Part shown: positions 33,203 to 61,658 of the stretch, one piece after another | Layout of the letters: every line of letters begins with the position of its first letter | Position numbering within the stretch: the stretch's first letter is position 1 | NCBI GenBank assembly: GCA_965153355.1 | Contig: OZ231126.1 | Span: 1,364,001-1,428,000, forward strand | Direction of reading: 5' to 3' | DNA: 64,000 bases | Source: Flaccisagitta enflata | Taxonomy: Eukaryota | Notes under the pieces: generated by a model | What the model was told of the DNA's origin: nothing | Database searches by the model: none | The model's input: the letters and a program-made list of their open reading frames with translations, nothing else | Program-made: the position numbers and the translations under genes

Positions 33203-36200
33203 TTTTTCTTTCTTTCTTTTTTTCTTTTTTTCTCTACTCTAGCTTTTTAAATGACATATTTGGCTAATTGTTGTCTGTTGAAAGGTGAAATATGATTTTA
33301 TTAAGCACAAGAATTGCAAATCTTTCATGGTATCTTCTTCTTCTTCTCCTTCTTCTTCTTCTTCTTCTTCTTCTTCTTCTTCTTCTTCTTCTTCTTCTTC
33401 TTCTTCTTCTTCTTTGTCTTGTTCTCCTTTATCCCTTTTATATCCTCCATCTTCTTCCTTTTCATCTTCTTCTTCTTTTTTGTTTTCGCCTTCTTCTTCT
33501 TCTTCTTCTTCTTCTTCTTCTTCTTCTTCTTCTTCTTCTTCTTCTTCTTCTTCTTCTTCTTCTTCTTCTTCTTCTTCTTCTTCTTCTTCTTCTTCTTCTT
33601 CTTCTTCTTCTCCTTCTTCTTCTTCCTCTTCTTCTATTTTATCTGCTTTATCTCTTTTATCTCCTACATCTCCTTCTGTTTTATCAACTTCTTTGTCTTC
33701 CTCTCAGATTCGTTATTGCAAAATGGAACTGCATCGCGCTCTCTCTCTCTCTCTCTCTCACACTCACACTCACACACACAAAAATGTAGAAAAGAGATAT
33801 TATGTAGTAGAAGTGGACATAGTCGGCGTAAGCGTTAGCGTCAGCATAGGCGTCAGTTGACCGAAGATGAGACAAAAAAAGTCATCAGAAAATAGTTTTC
33901 AGTCGTGGACAAGTGACTCTACACCCTGCCATGTTGGTAGGTAGGTCAGTCCATCCGTCCATCCGTCCGTCCACCACAGTCCAGATTTTGCAAGTTTTTT
34001 TCTAGACGCAGACACTACACCTTGCTTTTTTGGTCGGTCGGTCCGTTGGTCGGTCAAAAACATCGCTAAACTTGCGAACGGTTTTCGCATTACTGCTCCT
34101 GCCCAATCATCTGCGACTGCATTGCCATGTACCCAGCCTTGTTTTTCATTATTGCACATGCCCAAAAGGCAGGGGTGTTTTACATTCCTATAGAAAAGTT
34201 GTCCTGTTAATGATCTGGTTTAAATCATTGGTGGAAATATCAAAGATGATGTCAGATCTCTGCTTGAGCAATCGGGTTCAAATTGTTGGTGGAAATTTTC
34301 CATATTTCAAAATACAAATTTGAAGCTTTTCTATTGACAATGTATTGACATGATGGAAATGATTGAACGTTTTTGTACAACATTGGAACACCCCTGATTG
34401 ATTCTATGGTTAATCAGTCCTTTCTCTCTATTCAGCCTCTCCTGCTCATCTTCATCCTCACCCTCATCCTTCGTCTCTTCAATTTCTTGTGTCTTTGTTT
34501 CTTTGTCTCATTTCTGTATCACCTGACGAATACAATTTTCCAATGTTGTATGAAAACGTCTAATCATTTCTATCTTACCAGATCTACAACCATCCAACTT
34601 TCACTCTTCTGTTGTTTGTTATCTCACTCGAAGCATTTTTTTAAAAAGCTTGAACAGAAACAAGGCTGGATACACGGCAATCTAGTCGTGGAAGGTTTGG
34701 CAGGAGCGGCAATGGGAAAACTGCTCGCAATTCAGAAATGTTATGGACTGATGGACGGATGGACAGATGGACGGACGGACGGGTGGACAGATGGACAGAC
34801 CAACCGACACGGCAAGGTGTAGAGTTGTGTGTCCGCGACTAAAAAGAACAAGAATAGTTGATGTAATATAGTCATTTTAGTTGCGAACTCGCAACTCTAT
34901 AGGCTTTGTCCGTCCACCCGTCGGTTCGTCGGTCGGTCGGTTTGTCCGTCCGTTCATTGGTTGGACCATCTGTTGGTTGGTCCGTCCGTTGGATAGTCTG
35001 TTGGTTGGTAGGTCTGACCATTTGACTAAGCCTGAGTCGGAGTACGGGAAGATGAGCGTTTTAGAACCTTTTGTACAGGTGTCTGTGTTGGAAAGGGTGT
35101 TGGGTGGGGCATTGGGTGTTTGCCGCCCCTGCCCACCCATCTGCAACATTACTGAGACCATACATAACGTTAATGCAATAAGATGAAATTGTCACATGAA
35201 TATATCTGAGGCCTACTTACTTCGTTTTTCAAAATCTAAGAGCGACTCTAGCGGAATCTGAGAAAAAACACCAAAAATACCTATAATTTTGCTGTTTTTA
35301 CAGCGTTTTACAGCATATACTGACACTATTTTTCAACATCTAATGATTGATTCTTTTCAAAATAGTGTTCCTAGACCAGTTACACTAATTTTGAGTACAG
35401 ATGAATCAATGCTGCAGTATATAGTAGGGAAATACTGAAAAAACAGTAAAAAATGCTATTTTACAGCATTTTTACAGCATTTTAGAGCATTAATTCAAAA
35501 TTCTATCAGGAAATTTTTGAGAATTTAGTATGAATTGATAAATTAAGTATTCCCGATGCCCATCCCATTGGTTGTTTTTACCTCCTGTTCTTTCTTGACC
35601 ACATAAAGCCTCCAACAATGCGTGACTTTTAAAAAGCTTGAGGCAGCTATAAGAAATGTGTTCACACCTAAAGACATCGAATCACAAAAATACTCATAAA
35701 TCGAGAATGCCTAGACTGAGGGACTTGAAATTTTAGGGTTAGACGCAGAATTTGATGCTCTTTCAGACCATTCCCTGTGCAAACTTCCCTAGTTTCTTAT
35801 GACGGGTCTCAATACTAGGATTCACAGCGTGACATAGGCGTGACAGGGTGTGAACACATTTCTTATAGCACATTGAAAATTTCATATTTCTACATTGAGA
35901 CATGGCAAAGTTACGAAATTTGGCATGAACACTCTCATATGTCTTCACTAAACGGGCAAAAAAGAAAAAGTTGAAAAACTCAAGGATAGATAGTGTTTTT
36001 TTATCAATAATTGGAATTTTTCCCAAAAATTGTTAAAAATAGTACTTTTAAAAAATTTCAAAAATTGTATTTTTTCTATTATGAACAAGGACCTGTCAAC
36101 GAATGATTTTAAGTCCTCAAAACCATAACCAGGACCAATGAAAATGCCCCATTTCTTCATATCACATTATGTTTTTTCTCATATTTTACAGTGGAGATAG

Positions 36201-36427
36201 TCAGTGGGACATAAATAGGACATATGAAAATTGGCCAAATCAGCCCTTTTTTGGGTCTTAGATCGTAAAAATATGTCGACACTGAAGAAAGTAGGTTGTT
36301 ACCAGAGTGCTACCTGATGTCCCTGACCACCTAGGGACACTTTTCTCCAAAAAGAAATTGAGAAAGGATACTTTATATGTTATCCTGTATGGGTATTTCC
36401 TTGGCCCGGCGAAACCCGAATCTTACC
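32503..36427. mobile_element. ~3.9 kb non-autonomous DNA transposon, Kolobok-like (GG..CC ends, CTAA TSD)
   Basis: ctaa|ggcacaattcgcggt ... cccgaatcttacc|ctaa; copy 1 has a single ctga at this site (about 8908). No transposase seen. Confidence 0.6.
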
Positions 36428-36472
36428 CTAACAATTCTAGTGCGATAGAAGTTCAAGAAACATAAACCTAAT

Positions 36473-50074
<13,602 letters not shown>

Positions 50075-50156
50075 AATAACCGTTTAGGAAAAGTAGACTG
50101 TTTTTAGTCTTTCATGAAAGTTTTCAATTTGTTATGGTTGTTGTTGTTGTTATTGC

Positions 50157-50299
<143 letters not shown>

Positions 50300-51659
50300 T
50301 TGTTGAGTAGATCAAAAATTTGATGCATTCAAAAGCTTCATTCGGTTATCTTCTTTCAGAAGACTTGCTGTTTTCTAAGAAGTATCCCAAAAAATGAATT
50401 ACGCCTGGATTTCTTGAAATTCTTTACATCTGTATTTTAAGAGGAAGATTTACTATTGGGAAAAAAAACCCTTAGATTGCTGGTCATTGTCATGCCATGC
50501 AGTTGTCACTTGCGATGGTAGGAATGTGCCATGAATGCATAAAACACCTGGTAGCGTGAATCACATTACGTTTTTTATTCTTATAAATTGAGACCGGACT
50601 GGATAATGGCAAATGAAGAAGATTATCTGGCGTGAGAACTTTTAAAGCCGGGCCAAATGGAATCATCCGCGAATTTTGCACTTTGGTTCAAATTCGACAA
50701 AAGTTGAGAAAAGAAGCAATATCCCCGCGATGATTGCACTGTGGTCTCATTTTGACACAATTCGATTAAAAAGATCTGCAATTTTCACAATAGGGAATTT
50801 CGAGCAATGATTCAGAAGGAATTAAGGGCTATGATTCAGTACTGAGGTAGGGGTGAATGAGACTAGATCAGTTCTTGTATGGCTGGTCCGTCCGTCTGTC
50901 TGTCCATCCGTTTGTCCGTCCGTCCGCCCGTCCATCCGTCCGTACGTCAGTTTGTCCTCTCCCCGCTCCATCCTCTGGGCTTCGTCTCCTTTGGGGCCTA
51001 TTCTGTCCCAAATTCTGCCAAATAGCCCAATCCACGTAGAATGGCCCAAATCTATACGAAATGGCCCAGATCTGGTCAGAATTTACGTAATGGAAGCCAA
51101 AATATGGACCAAAGCCCAGAATTTGGGTTTACAGGCCAGATTCGGGAGATTTTGCTTGAATTTCGGCCATTCTGCTTAGATTTGGGCCACTTTGCTTAGA
51201 TCTGGGCCATATTGCTTGGATTTGGGCTTTTTGGCAGAATTTGGGTCAGAATAGGCCCCAAAAGAAGACTAAGCCCCAACGATTGGGGGGGGACGTACAG
51301 ACGTATGGACGGACAAATTCCCCCTGCGTTCTACAGGACTTCGTCCCCTTCGGAGCCGCTGCCCAAAAGGCTGATTAGAGTGATATACAATTAAAAATCT
51401 CATTTAGTGCATGGGGGAATTATTAGAATTTAACTACCAATTGTTTGATTGTGATCTTTGTCCTCAGAAAGAATCAGGTCAGAAATGATAATATTTATCA
51501 AGAAAAAGTAATCATGTTTTTTTTTGTTTGCCTCTTTACGACTATCAACAAACTCTCCGTTTATGAGTTTTAAAGTATTTCTAGATTAAGCCAGGAAGTC
51601 ATTATTTAATTAACGATTACAACCAGATCACTAGGCACAATGAATTACGTCAATGGTCT

Positions 51660-52075
51660 TTTTTTAGTCGCGTGCTATGCGACTCTACAACCCGCTAGGT
51701 CGGTCGGTCGGTCGGTCGGTCGGTCGGTCGGTCGGTCGGTCGGTCGGTCGGTCGGTCGGTCGGTCGGTCGGTCGGTCGGTCGGTCGGTCGGTCGGTCGGT
51801 CGGTCGGTCGGTCGGTCGGTCGGTCGGTCGGTCGGTCGGTCGGTCGGTCGGTCGGTCGGTCGGTCGGTCGGTCGGTCGGTCGGTCGGTCGGTCGGTCGGT
51901 CGGTCGGTCGGTCGGTCGGTCGGTCGGTCGGTCGGTCGGTCGGTCCCCTTTTTACTTTTCAGCGTTTTTGAGCTTTTTGAGCATACGGCTCCTGCCCAGA
52001 TGCCCTAGTGACCTCCAGCACTGCTCCTGCCCACCCGCACGCGACTAGGGTAGCCGTGTATCCGGCCATGTTTTA
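51660..52075 (+). mobile_element. HINE/DINE-1-like (Helentron-derived) element with expanded (GGTC)n; family member
   Basis: ttttagtcgcgtgct..cgcgactcta, (GGTC)n, cctgcccacccgcacgcgact, 3' hairpin gccgtgtatccggcc. Other copies at about 3951, 6293, 7165(-), 16009(-), 28284, 30473, 31352(-), 34658(-), 52128(-), 53655, 55665 and 58728(-). Confidence 0.7.
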
Positions 52076-54105
52076 GTTGAAATTAAATCAGTAGATAATG
52101 ATGCTTTTTTGACGCATTTTCAGTTGGAACAAGGCCGGATACACGGCTACCCTAGTCGCGTGCGGGTGGGCAGGGGCAGTAATTGAGTTTCTAGAGCGTT
52201 TTGGCAAGTGCAGTGAAGCCAAAGACCACAAAAATATGAAAAAAGTAAAATGGGGACCGACCAACCGACCAACCGACCGACAGACCGACGGACGGACGGA
52301 CAATGCGGGGTGTAGAATCGCGTAGCACGCGACTAAAAACACAAATTGCACACTAGATGACAACTTCAATGGCAATGCTGAGGACAAAGAGGCAAAAAGG
52401 AATATAAGTTCATTACCATGTTTATTGCTTTTACGACCATGAACAGTAGCAAAAACCACTTGGCATTTCCATATGATTGTGGCACCAACACATACTTTAC
52501 TTTGGGTATGATTTGTTTTGGGATGAATCCATATAAAATGAACTCATATCCATGGGCAAGATAGGAAAGTGTACAACAGTTATAAGTTCTGATGTTGCTC
52601 GACCCGATCAAATTATTGTATGCTGCGTTGCAGAAATATTTAGTATCTTATTGGCGTGGACAAATTTTCTAAATGTGGTGTGGCGTGGCGTAAAAGGGCG
52701 TGGAGCGTGAACAGGCATACACATTTTGATTGTTTTTTTTTTTGGCGTAGAACGGCGTGTGGCGTGGACACACACATTTCAACAAATGTGTGGCGTGAAC
52801 ACACACATTTCGACTTTTGTGTGGCGCGAGTCTGTAATCGAGAGCAAAAGTCGCTTCCATGTTTTTGTTTCCAATGATTTACGACAAAATGAGTCCCAAT
52901 CAAACTTTGAAACTCTTCTTAATCGATTTCAAATCTTTTCTTTTTAAATTTGAAGTTTAGCTTTCCGTATTTATACACGCATCTTTCACCACAAACCAAC
53001 TTCAACATGAATCCCAAAATGCTGGTTTTAAATCTTTATTTTCAAAAGCTAATTTTCTTCTTTTTTTTTCCTTGTCTAGAATTTGCTGAATTGGGCAGGC
53101 CGACATACTCAAACATAAGCCCACTCACGCCCCACCTTGTAAGCTGAGTATTTTTATTAGGTTGAAGAATTATCAAATGATCAGATCTGTTAAAGTAAGC
53201 CCAGATACTTCTTTGTTCTTTTTTTTGTACTCAGTTTGACAGCTAAACAAGAAAAAGAGCATATTTTGCAAAACCACGGGCGGTCTTGTTCACTTAAAAG
53301 CAAAAGATGTTATAACTTTATTGATTGACGAAAGAAGTAAAAAAAAAAACATATAACAGAAAATCGATGACAATGAATTATTTCTTTAGTTTATTGTTTC
53401 TAGCAAGCATTGTTGAATTAACTCATCAAGTTTGTAAAAATGATTCGAAATCAGCATATCAACTACAATGGTGACGTTTTTTTTATTTTTTTGTTTTATT
53501 TAGAAATAGATATGCATATTTTCACTACCGCTTCCCAAATTGCAACAATATTGTTACCCGCAACATTTGATTGCATAATCAAAGTAAGAACAGGATTCTC
53601 TTTGCCATGCCCGCGATTTTTCGAAATATGCCTTCACCATTGCTGACTTATTTGTCAGTCGCTTGCTACGCGACTCTACATCCCGCTATGTCGGTCGGTC
53701 GGTCGGCTGGTGGGTCGGTCAGCCGGTTGCTCTGTTGGTAACATTTTACTTTTTTTGGCGTTTTTCGTGTTCCCACTCTTGTCCAAATGCTTTTTTCATC
53801 ATTGCCCCTGCCCCCCCAGCACGCAACTTCGGTAGCCATGTATACGGCCTTGTTTCTGCGTTAGAACGATCACTCTGAGAAAAAGGAATCTCTTAAGAGA
53901 TAAGCTGGACGCCTTCAAAATCTAAATATTTGAATGATTGATGACTCAATTGTCATAATGAGACATTTTTACAAAAGTATAAGAAGTTTTTTTTTTTTTG
54001 TTAGCTTTTAGTACATTTTTCATTTCATTCCTTTTTTGTTATTCAAATAGCATAATTTATTGACCCAATCACTTTTTCTTAAAAAGATCAAATATTTATT
54101 CTTCA

Positions 54106-54166
<61 letters not shown>

Positions 54167-54252
54167 TGTGTGTGTGTTTTGAAAGAAGTTGTTTTGGGAT
54201 TAATTACAAGCGAAAAACCCCAGACAAGACAGCTTGGCCGGGGGTGAATCAT

Positions 54253-54337
<85 letters not shown>

Positions 54338-56265
54338 GTACTCGAATTCGAACACGCATGCAGGTTTGTTCAAACTTTCACTCTTGACTCGTCAGTCTTC
54401 ATTCCTGATCATGTAAATAATTTTGTATTAAGGAAGCTTCCTTCTATTAGTGGGTCCTTCTAACTGTATTGGGTTTGACCCGAGAATGTCATCGGGAACT
54501 TTAATCCAAAAGCCTCATCCTGCCAATGTCCATATCTGATACCATTGCCGAAGCCTGAATGACGGCAAAAAGCCATAAGACCAAGAATGAATGTGACCAT
54601 ACACCTCGTAATCCGTAGTAGAAAAACGTGAGATTAAACCCCGAGCCAACCCAAAGCCATCCTCGAGCCAACTCGGGGTTGCTCGAGGTTGCTTGGGGTT
54701 GATAATATTGATAGAAATATGCGCCGTCGCGTCTTCCAAGGCAGTTTCAAGCCAACCTTGAGCAAACCCGTGCAAACCCCGAGCAACCTTGAGCAAACCC
54801 CGAGCTTGGGTTGCTCAGGGTTGACTTGGGGTTGATAATATAGATAGAAATATGCGCAGTTTCAAGCCAACCTTGAGCAAACCCGTGCAAACCCCAAGCA
54901 ACCTTGAGCAAACCCCGAGCTTGGGTTGCTCAGGGTTGACTTGGGGTTCAACCGCAAGCAACCCCCGGAGTTGAATCTCAACCCAGATTGCCCGATGCCA
55001 TACCAATCATAGTGCAATGAATTAGGACGAAGAAGAAGAGGAGGAAATTCCTTTACTTTACCATGAAAATGGAGATTTCCTACTAATTTTGATTAGTTAC
55101 CCAAAATTAATTGTCATACATTGTCAGCCATTCAAAAGTGCATCTTTTTTTTATTCGCGTGGTACATAAAAACTATATTTTCTTCTCTGTCAAAGATTTA
55201 AGATTGATTAATCCAACAACTCCCACGCCCAAATTTCTATCATTTCTTTGTGGTTCCAATTACGGCATCCTCGGCCCCAAAGTTCAGTAAGCGTAAGAGC
55301 CTCCTTGGCTCTTATCCTTGATTTTGCCTCCCCTCCACAAATGCTAGCCTGAACATTGGCACAGATTGACAGATTATCTGATCTCATCCTGCCTTCCTTG
55401 CTTTATTTGCAAATTGCATAAACTGCTAAGCCTACAAAACCTTCGCAACCAAGAACAGGGTTTTAGAAAACTCGAATTTCAAGTTAAGGACTCTGCTCAG
55501 GGGGATTTGATATTTACGATGGCAACATTTTCTAGTACAGTCGAGTCGAATCTAACTGGTGCACACCAACTATTGAGGGTTACCTGCCCTTAAGGCGTTT
55601 CACCGTAATCTTTTTAGGTGCGACAAAGCGACAAAATGAATAATTCCCTGCACGGTTTTGTTTTGAGTCGCGTGCTACGCGACTCTATAAGCCACTTTTC
55701 GGTCGGCCGGTCCGTCGGTCGGTAGGTCACAAAGTTGTTTAAAAGGCGTTTGAAACGTTTTAAAGACTTTTTAAAGGTTTTAAGGTATCAATAAGACCCT
55801 GTTGGCCAATTTAAAGGTTATTTTTAAAATTTTAGTCTGTCTGCCTGTCTGTTTGTCCGACCTTTGGTGATAGTGCTGACGCACGCGACTTGGGTCTAAT
55901 GACCTTGTTATTTCCGAATCCTCCGCCAGAGCCAATTTAATTCAAATAGCTTTGGGCCGTAATACATCAACCCAGCCAACCCTTAGCCTTAAAGCTAACC
56001 CTGTCCCTAACCCTTACCCTTAAGCTATCCCCAACCCTTACCCTAACCCTAAACCCACCCCTAACCCTAATTTTCAAAAAACGGTTAAAAAGTCTTGAAA
56101 ACAAAAGATCACAGGTGATCGTACAATCGTGCCCGACAAAGCACCTCTATAACTGGCTGTGTCCGTCGGTCTGTCTGTTGGTCTGTCGGTAACGCGAATA
56201 CGACCGATCTACACGTCGCACCTTATTGGCCTTCATTGTGCAGTCCTCTGACATGCGCTCTAGTA

Positions 56266-56832
56266 AAGCTTCCGGCAAACATTTACAAGAGGACCTCACT
56301 TTTTTTTCGGTTTGTTTTTGTATTTGACACAATCTAAACCTACCCCTACCCCTAAACTCACCCCTACCCCTAAACACACCCCTACCCCTAAACTCACCCC
56401 TACCCCTAAACTCACCCCTACCCCTAAACTCACCCCTACCCTCAAACTCACCCCTACCCCTAAACTCGCCCCTACCCCTAAACTCACCCCTACCGCTAAA
56501 CTTACCCCTACCTATAAACTCACTCCTACCCCTTAACTCACCCCTACCCCTAAACTCACCCCTACCCCTAAACTCACCCCTACCCCTAAACTCACCCCTA
56601 CCCCTAAACTCACTCCTACCCCTTAACTCACCCCTATCCCTAAACTCACCCCTACCCCTAAACTCCACCCTACCCCTAAACTCCACCCTACCCCTAAACT
56701 CCACCCTACCCCTAAACACAACCCTACCCCTAAACTCAACCATACTTATAGTCCATAAATTTCCCGCGAAGAAATATAGTCAGGATAGATGAAAATTTAA
56801 GTGAGGTCCTCTTGTAAACGTAGACCAAGCTT
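56266..56832. mobile_element. MITE with an internal 18-bp telomere-like repeat (cctacccctaaactcacc)n
   Basis: TIR tttacaagaggacctcactt (56282) / aagtgaggtcctcttgtaaa (56799); array at about 56336-56741. Confidence 0.75.
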
Positions 56833-57234
56833 CCTTTAGGCCTTTCCGATAGAAACGACATGAATGCTTAGTCTCTGGTAGCAACTTCTTTCGCGTTTTG
56901 ATTTACGTATCACTATCAGAGCTTTTTTTTATCTTGCCATGTGTTCTTCTGTTTTTGCCTCCTCAATCTCAGTAAAATTATGCTCCCTAGCGCCGTCTCT
57001 ATCAGACTGAATTTTTCAAAGAGAAAACAAAAGAACCACTCTAGAATGGCTAATGAGTTTTACCAGCAATGGCTAATGCGTTTTACCAGTAATGGCTAAT
57101 GAGTTTTACCAGTAGTGGCGACTATCACCGTGTGGAAAAAACTCATTCATGGTGGCCGCTTGCCAACAGGCATTTGTTGTCAGTCAACGCAATATTTTTT
57201 GTTCATTGTATCCATGTTTCCGTTTGATCATCTA

Positions 57235-57519
57235 CCATATTTTTTCTAAAAAGCGCCCCCCCTCCAAAAAGCGCCCCCCCCTCTTTTTTTTCTTAGTGTT
57301 ATACTTTTCAGAAGAGATTTAAACAGAAATATTGAGTAAAATGATGATATACAACAACACAATGAGCCAGTTTCAAAGACTTTGGTTGCCTTTCACGAAA
57401 AAGATAGACTGAATGACAGTTCAACTACAATATAAAGGGGGGCGCTAATTGGAGGGTTAAAAAGCCAAGTTTTATTTCCATTTCAAAAGCGCCCGGGGCG
57501 CTTTCTAGAAAAAATATGG
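57235..57519. mobile_element. MITE with TA TSD
   Basis: ta|ccatattttttctaaaaagcgccc ... gggcgctttctagaaaaaatatgg|ta. Confidence 0.8.
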
Positions 57520-59139
57520 TATCTGTTTTCTTGTCTCTCTGCCTTCTCTAAAGGCCATTGTCGTCACATGGAAATCTTCATGAGGCTGAATGAGCTACAT
57601 GAGCAAAATTAGCTAAATAAGCTCAAATACTCAAAAGCACCCTCACAGATGAGCAGCTATGCTCATATACATGCTTTTATCTGCGTACTTGGACATACAT
57701 CAATATATTTTTCAATTGATCACAATTGAAATAAAAAAGAACTGAATTGAATAAGTAAAATGAGCTTGAATACTCAAAGAGACCTTCACAGATAAGCAGT
57801 TAAACTCAAACTGATTCTTTTTTATAGTTGCATGCTCAGGCAAACATCGACATACTTTTCTATTCCTACTTAAAATTGGAGCAAACAAAAACAAGGCCGG
57901 ATACACGGCACAGTGGAAGTTGATCAAGCATTAATGATTTCGAGATTTCTTATTTATTGGGTAGGTGTATGCGTAACTTAGCTCTAGACATGATCTCAGA
58001 CATGGCAGACGCATAGGTGAGATGGTATGCCACTAAAAAGCCAAAATTGACATTGCGCGTTACCGCCCCAAGGAGGCCTCCTTGTTTCATATTAGGACGC
58101 CAAAATGTTTCAAATACCTTTAAATCATCATTGTACATGTTGTCGTGATCGACCATGGGCACACGGCATGGCAGTGTCAACTTTTCTGTTTTTGTCTTTA
58201 AGCGATTTTGTCGCGGTTCGTCGCAACAACACAATAAAACCAATATCATTTTCGGTTGTCCAAGGGTGTAAGTCTCATCATGGTGGTGGCAAGCGGTGGC
58301 GACGCAGAAAAACGCGCGTATTTTACTTAAGAAAATTTACTTGGCTTCTAGATTTGCGAAAGAAGAATCTTATGGATGCGGTAAAACCCGTATCCTATAT
58401 CTCGATTGAATCAGTAATTAGATTTTGACGTCAGATTCACTATTGGGAGTACAGACTGACATTTACAAGTAAGGATATGATTTGACCGTTCAGTTGTTGA
58501 GCTCAAAATGTATGGATATTACCTTCAAAATTCATTCTTTAATCACCTTGCCTCTTTTGGAGTACACAGCAATGACAGACCGACCGACCATACGACCAAC
58601 CGACCGACCGACGAGCATACCCGCTGCATGACGCATGAAAAAAAAATGGAACAAACAAACGCGTGAAAAAAAGAAAAAAAAAGGGTGAACGTAAGAAAGA
58701 AGAAAAGATCCAACAAAAAAAGAAAGAAACAAGGCCGGATACACGGCCAATATCAGTCGCGGACGGGTGGGCAGGGGCGGAAATGCGCGTTTTCGCACTC
58801 TCTCAACTCGATCACCACGGACCAACCAACCAACCGACGGACGGACGGACGGACAAAGCCTCTTATAGAGTCGCTAGTCCGCGACTAAAAAGAAACGGGT
58901 GGAAATAATGAATGAATGAATGGATGAATGAATGGAAGAAAGGAAGAAAGGAAGAAAGGAAAAAAGAATAAATGAATGAATGAATGAATGAATGAATGAA
59001 TAAATGAATGAATGAATGAAAGAATGGATGAATGAATGAACAAATGAATAAATGAAAGAAAGAAAGGGAGGAAGCAAGGAAGAAAGAAAGGAGACAGAAA
59101 ATGCACGGAAATAAGAAAGAAAGAAGTAAGAAAGAAAAA

Positions 59140-59179
<40 letters not shown>

Positions 59180-59183
59180 ACGA

Positions 59184-59243
<60 letters not shown>

Positions 59244-59562
59244 GAAAGAAAGAAAGAAAGAAAGAGAAAGAAAGAAAAGGAAAGAAAGAAAGAAAAGGAA
59301 AGAAAGGAAAGAAAGAAAGAAAAGGAAAGAAAGAAAGAAAAGGAAAGAAAGAAAGAAAGAAAGAAAAGGAAAGAAAGAGAGAAAAGGGAAGAAAGAAAAG
59401 GAAAGAAAGAAAGAAAAGGGAAGAAAGAAAAGAAAAGAAAGAAAGAAAAGGGAAGAAAGAAAAGGGAAGAAAGAAAAGGAAGAAAGAAAGAAAGAAAAAA
59501 AGAAAGAAAGAAAGAAAGAAAGGTAAAGGGAACGGAATTATGGTCCAATACACACAGCAACG

Positions 59563-59646
<84 letters not shown>

Positions 59647-60002
59647 ACACACACACACACACAAACACACACATAAACACACAATTTTGGCTTCATCTTA
59701 TTTGCCATATAATCATAAAAACAGTTTGCATATTGTACTAGATATTAAATCTAAAGACATTTGTATTTGATGAAAAAAAACCCTGTGAGGTAGGTTTCAA
59801 AAAATGTTTTTTGACTTTTAAGAGAAAAAAAAAATGACACAAAAAGTTTCAAGGTTTTTTTGAATTCAGGATGTAAGAAAACGTTTTGACTTCTAAAAAT
59901 GTATCCTGAAAGTTTTCACGAATACAATAACTGTAAATCTAAACCGTGGAGGTGGGTGGGATGCAGGACAATATCCCGCTGATGAGACAAACCAATGGGC
60001 AT

Positions 60003-61658
60003 AGGTGGTTGAGGTGGCCTGGGTGAAATATGCTTCGTCGTTGCTCGATAACTACCACTGTGTAGCTGTTTTGGGTGGTTTTAGGTGGTTGAGGTGGCCT
60101 GGGTGAAATATGCTTTGTCGTTGCTCGATAACTACCACTGTGTAGCTGTTTTGGGTGGTTTTAGGTGGTTGAGGTGGCCTGGGTGAAATATGCTTCGTCG
60201 TTGCTCGATAACTACCACTGTGTAGCTGTTTTGGGTGGTTTTAGGTGGTTGAGGTGGCCTGGGTGAAATATGCTTCGTCGTTGCTCGATAACTACCACTG
60301 TGTAGCTGTTTTGGGTGGTTTTAGGTGGTTGAGGTGGCCTGGGTGAAATATGCTTCGTCGTTGCTCGATAACTACCACTGTGTAGCTGTTTTGGGTGGTT
60401 TTAGGTGGTTGAGGTGGCCTGGGTGAAATATGCTTCGTCATTGCTCGATAACTACCACTGTGTAGCTGTTTTGGGTGGTTTTAGGTGGTTGAGGTGGCCT
60501 GGGTGAAATATGCTTCATTGTTGCTCGATAACTACCACTGTGTATAGCTGTTTTGGGTGGTTTTAGGTGGTTGAGGTGGCCAGGGTGAAATATGCTTCGT
60601 CGTTGCTCGATAACTACCACTGTGTAGCTGTTTTGGGTGGTTTTAGGTGGTTGAGGTGGCCTGGGTGAAATATGCTTCGTCGTTGCTCGATAACTACCAC
60701 TGTGTAGCTGATTTGGGTGGTTTTAGGTGGTTGAGGTGGCCTGGGTGAAATATGCTTCGTCGTTGCTCGATAACTACCACTGTGTAGCTGATTTGGGTGG
60801 TTTTAGGTGGTTGAGGTGGCCTGGGTGAATATGCTTTGTCGTTGCTCGATAACTACCACTGTGTAGCTGTTTTGGGTGGTTTTAGGTGGTTGAGGTGGCC
60901 TGGGTGAAATATGCTTCGTCGTTGCTCGATAACTACCACTGTGTAGCTGTTTTGGGTGGTTTTAGGTGGTTGAGGTGGCCTGGGTGAAATATGCTTCGTC
61001 GGTGCTCGATAACTACCACTGTGTAGCTGTTTTGGGTGGTTTTAGGTGGTTGAGGTGGCCTGGGTGAAATATGCTTCGTCGTTGCTCGATAACTACCACT
61101 GTGTAGCTGTTTTGGGTGGTTTTAGGTGGTTGAGGTGGCCTGGGTGAAATATGCTTCGTCGTTGCTCGATAACTACCACTGTGCTGCTTTGGGTGGTTTT
61201 AGGTGGTTGAGGTGGCCTGGGTGAAATATGCTTCGTCGTTTGGATAACTACCACTGTGTAGCTGTTTTGGGTGGTTTTAGGTGGTTGAGGTGGTCTGGGT
61301 GAAATATGCTTCGTCGTTGCTCGATAACTACCACTGTGTAGCTGTTTTGGGTGGTTTTAGGTGGTTGAGGTGGCCTGGGTGAAATATGCTTCGTCGTTGC
61401 TCGATAACTACCACTGTGTAGCTGTTTTGGGTGGTTTTAGGTGGTTGAGGTGGCCTGGGTGAAATATGCTTCGTCGTTGCTCGATAACTACCACTGTGTA
61501 GCTGTTTTGGGTGGTTTTAGGTGGTTGAGGTGGCCTGGGTGAAATATGCTTCGTCGTTGCTCGATAACTACCACTGTGTAGCTGTTTTGGGTGGTTTTAG
61601 GTGGTTGAGGTGGCCTGGGTGAAATATGCTTCGTCGTTGCTCGATAACTACCACTGTG
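60003..61658 (+). repeat. Homogeneous 80-bp tandem array (~20.7 units)
   Basis: ggtggttgaggtggcctgggtgaaatatgcttcgtcgttgctcgataactaccactgtgtagctgttttgggtggtttta; ends at ...ccactgtg. Confidence 0.97.

Noticed and set aside
33708-33860. Acceptor followed by IRYCKMELHRA...KRYY as the next TRPC exon
   Set aside because: It lies inside a transposon insertion specific to copy 2 and runs through a microsatellite.
50360-53200. Possible downstream TRPC exons (KTCCFLRS at about 50360, NDNIYQEK at about 51468, and about 53080-53140)
   Set aside because: Phases cannot be joined consistently and similarity is too weak to support.
56147-56743. RGG-rich ORF (RGRGEF)n resembling an RNA-binding protein
   Set aside because: Translation of the 18-bp repeat inside a TIR-bounded MITE.
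60003-61658. CRISPR-like array next to a reverse transcriptase
   Set aside because: Units are near-identical with no unique spacers, the context is eukaryotic, and the RT is a LINE APE-RT.
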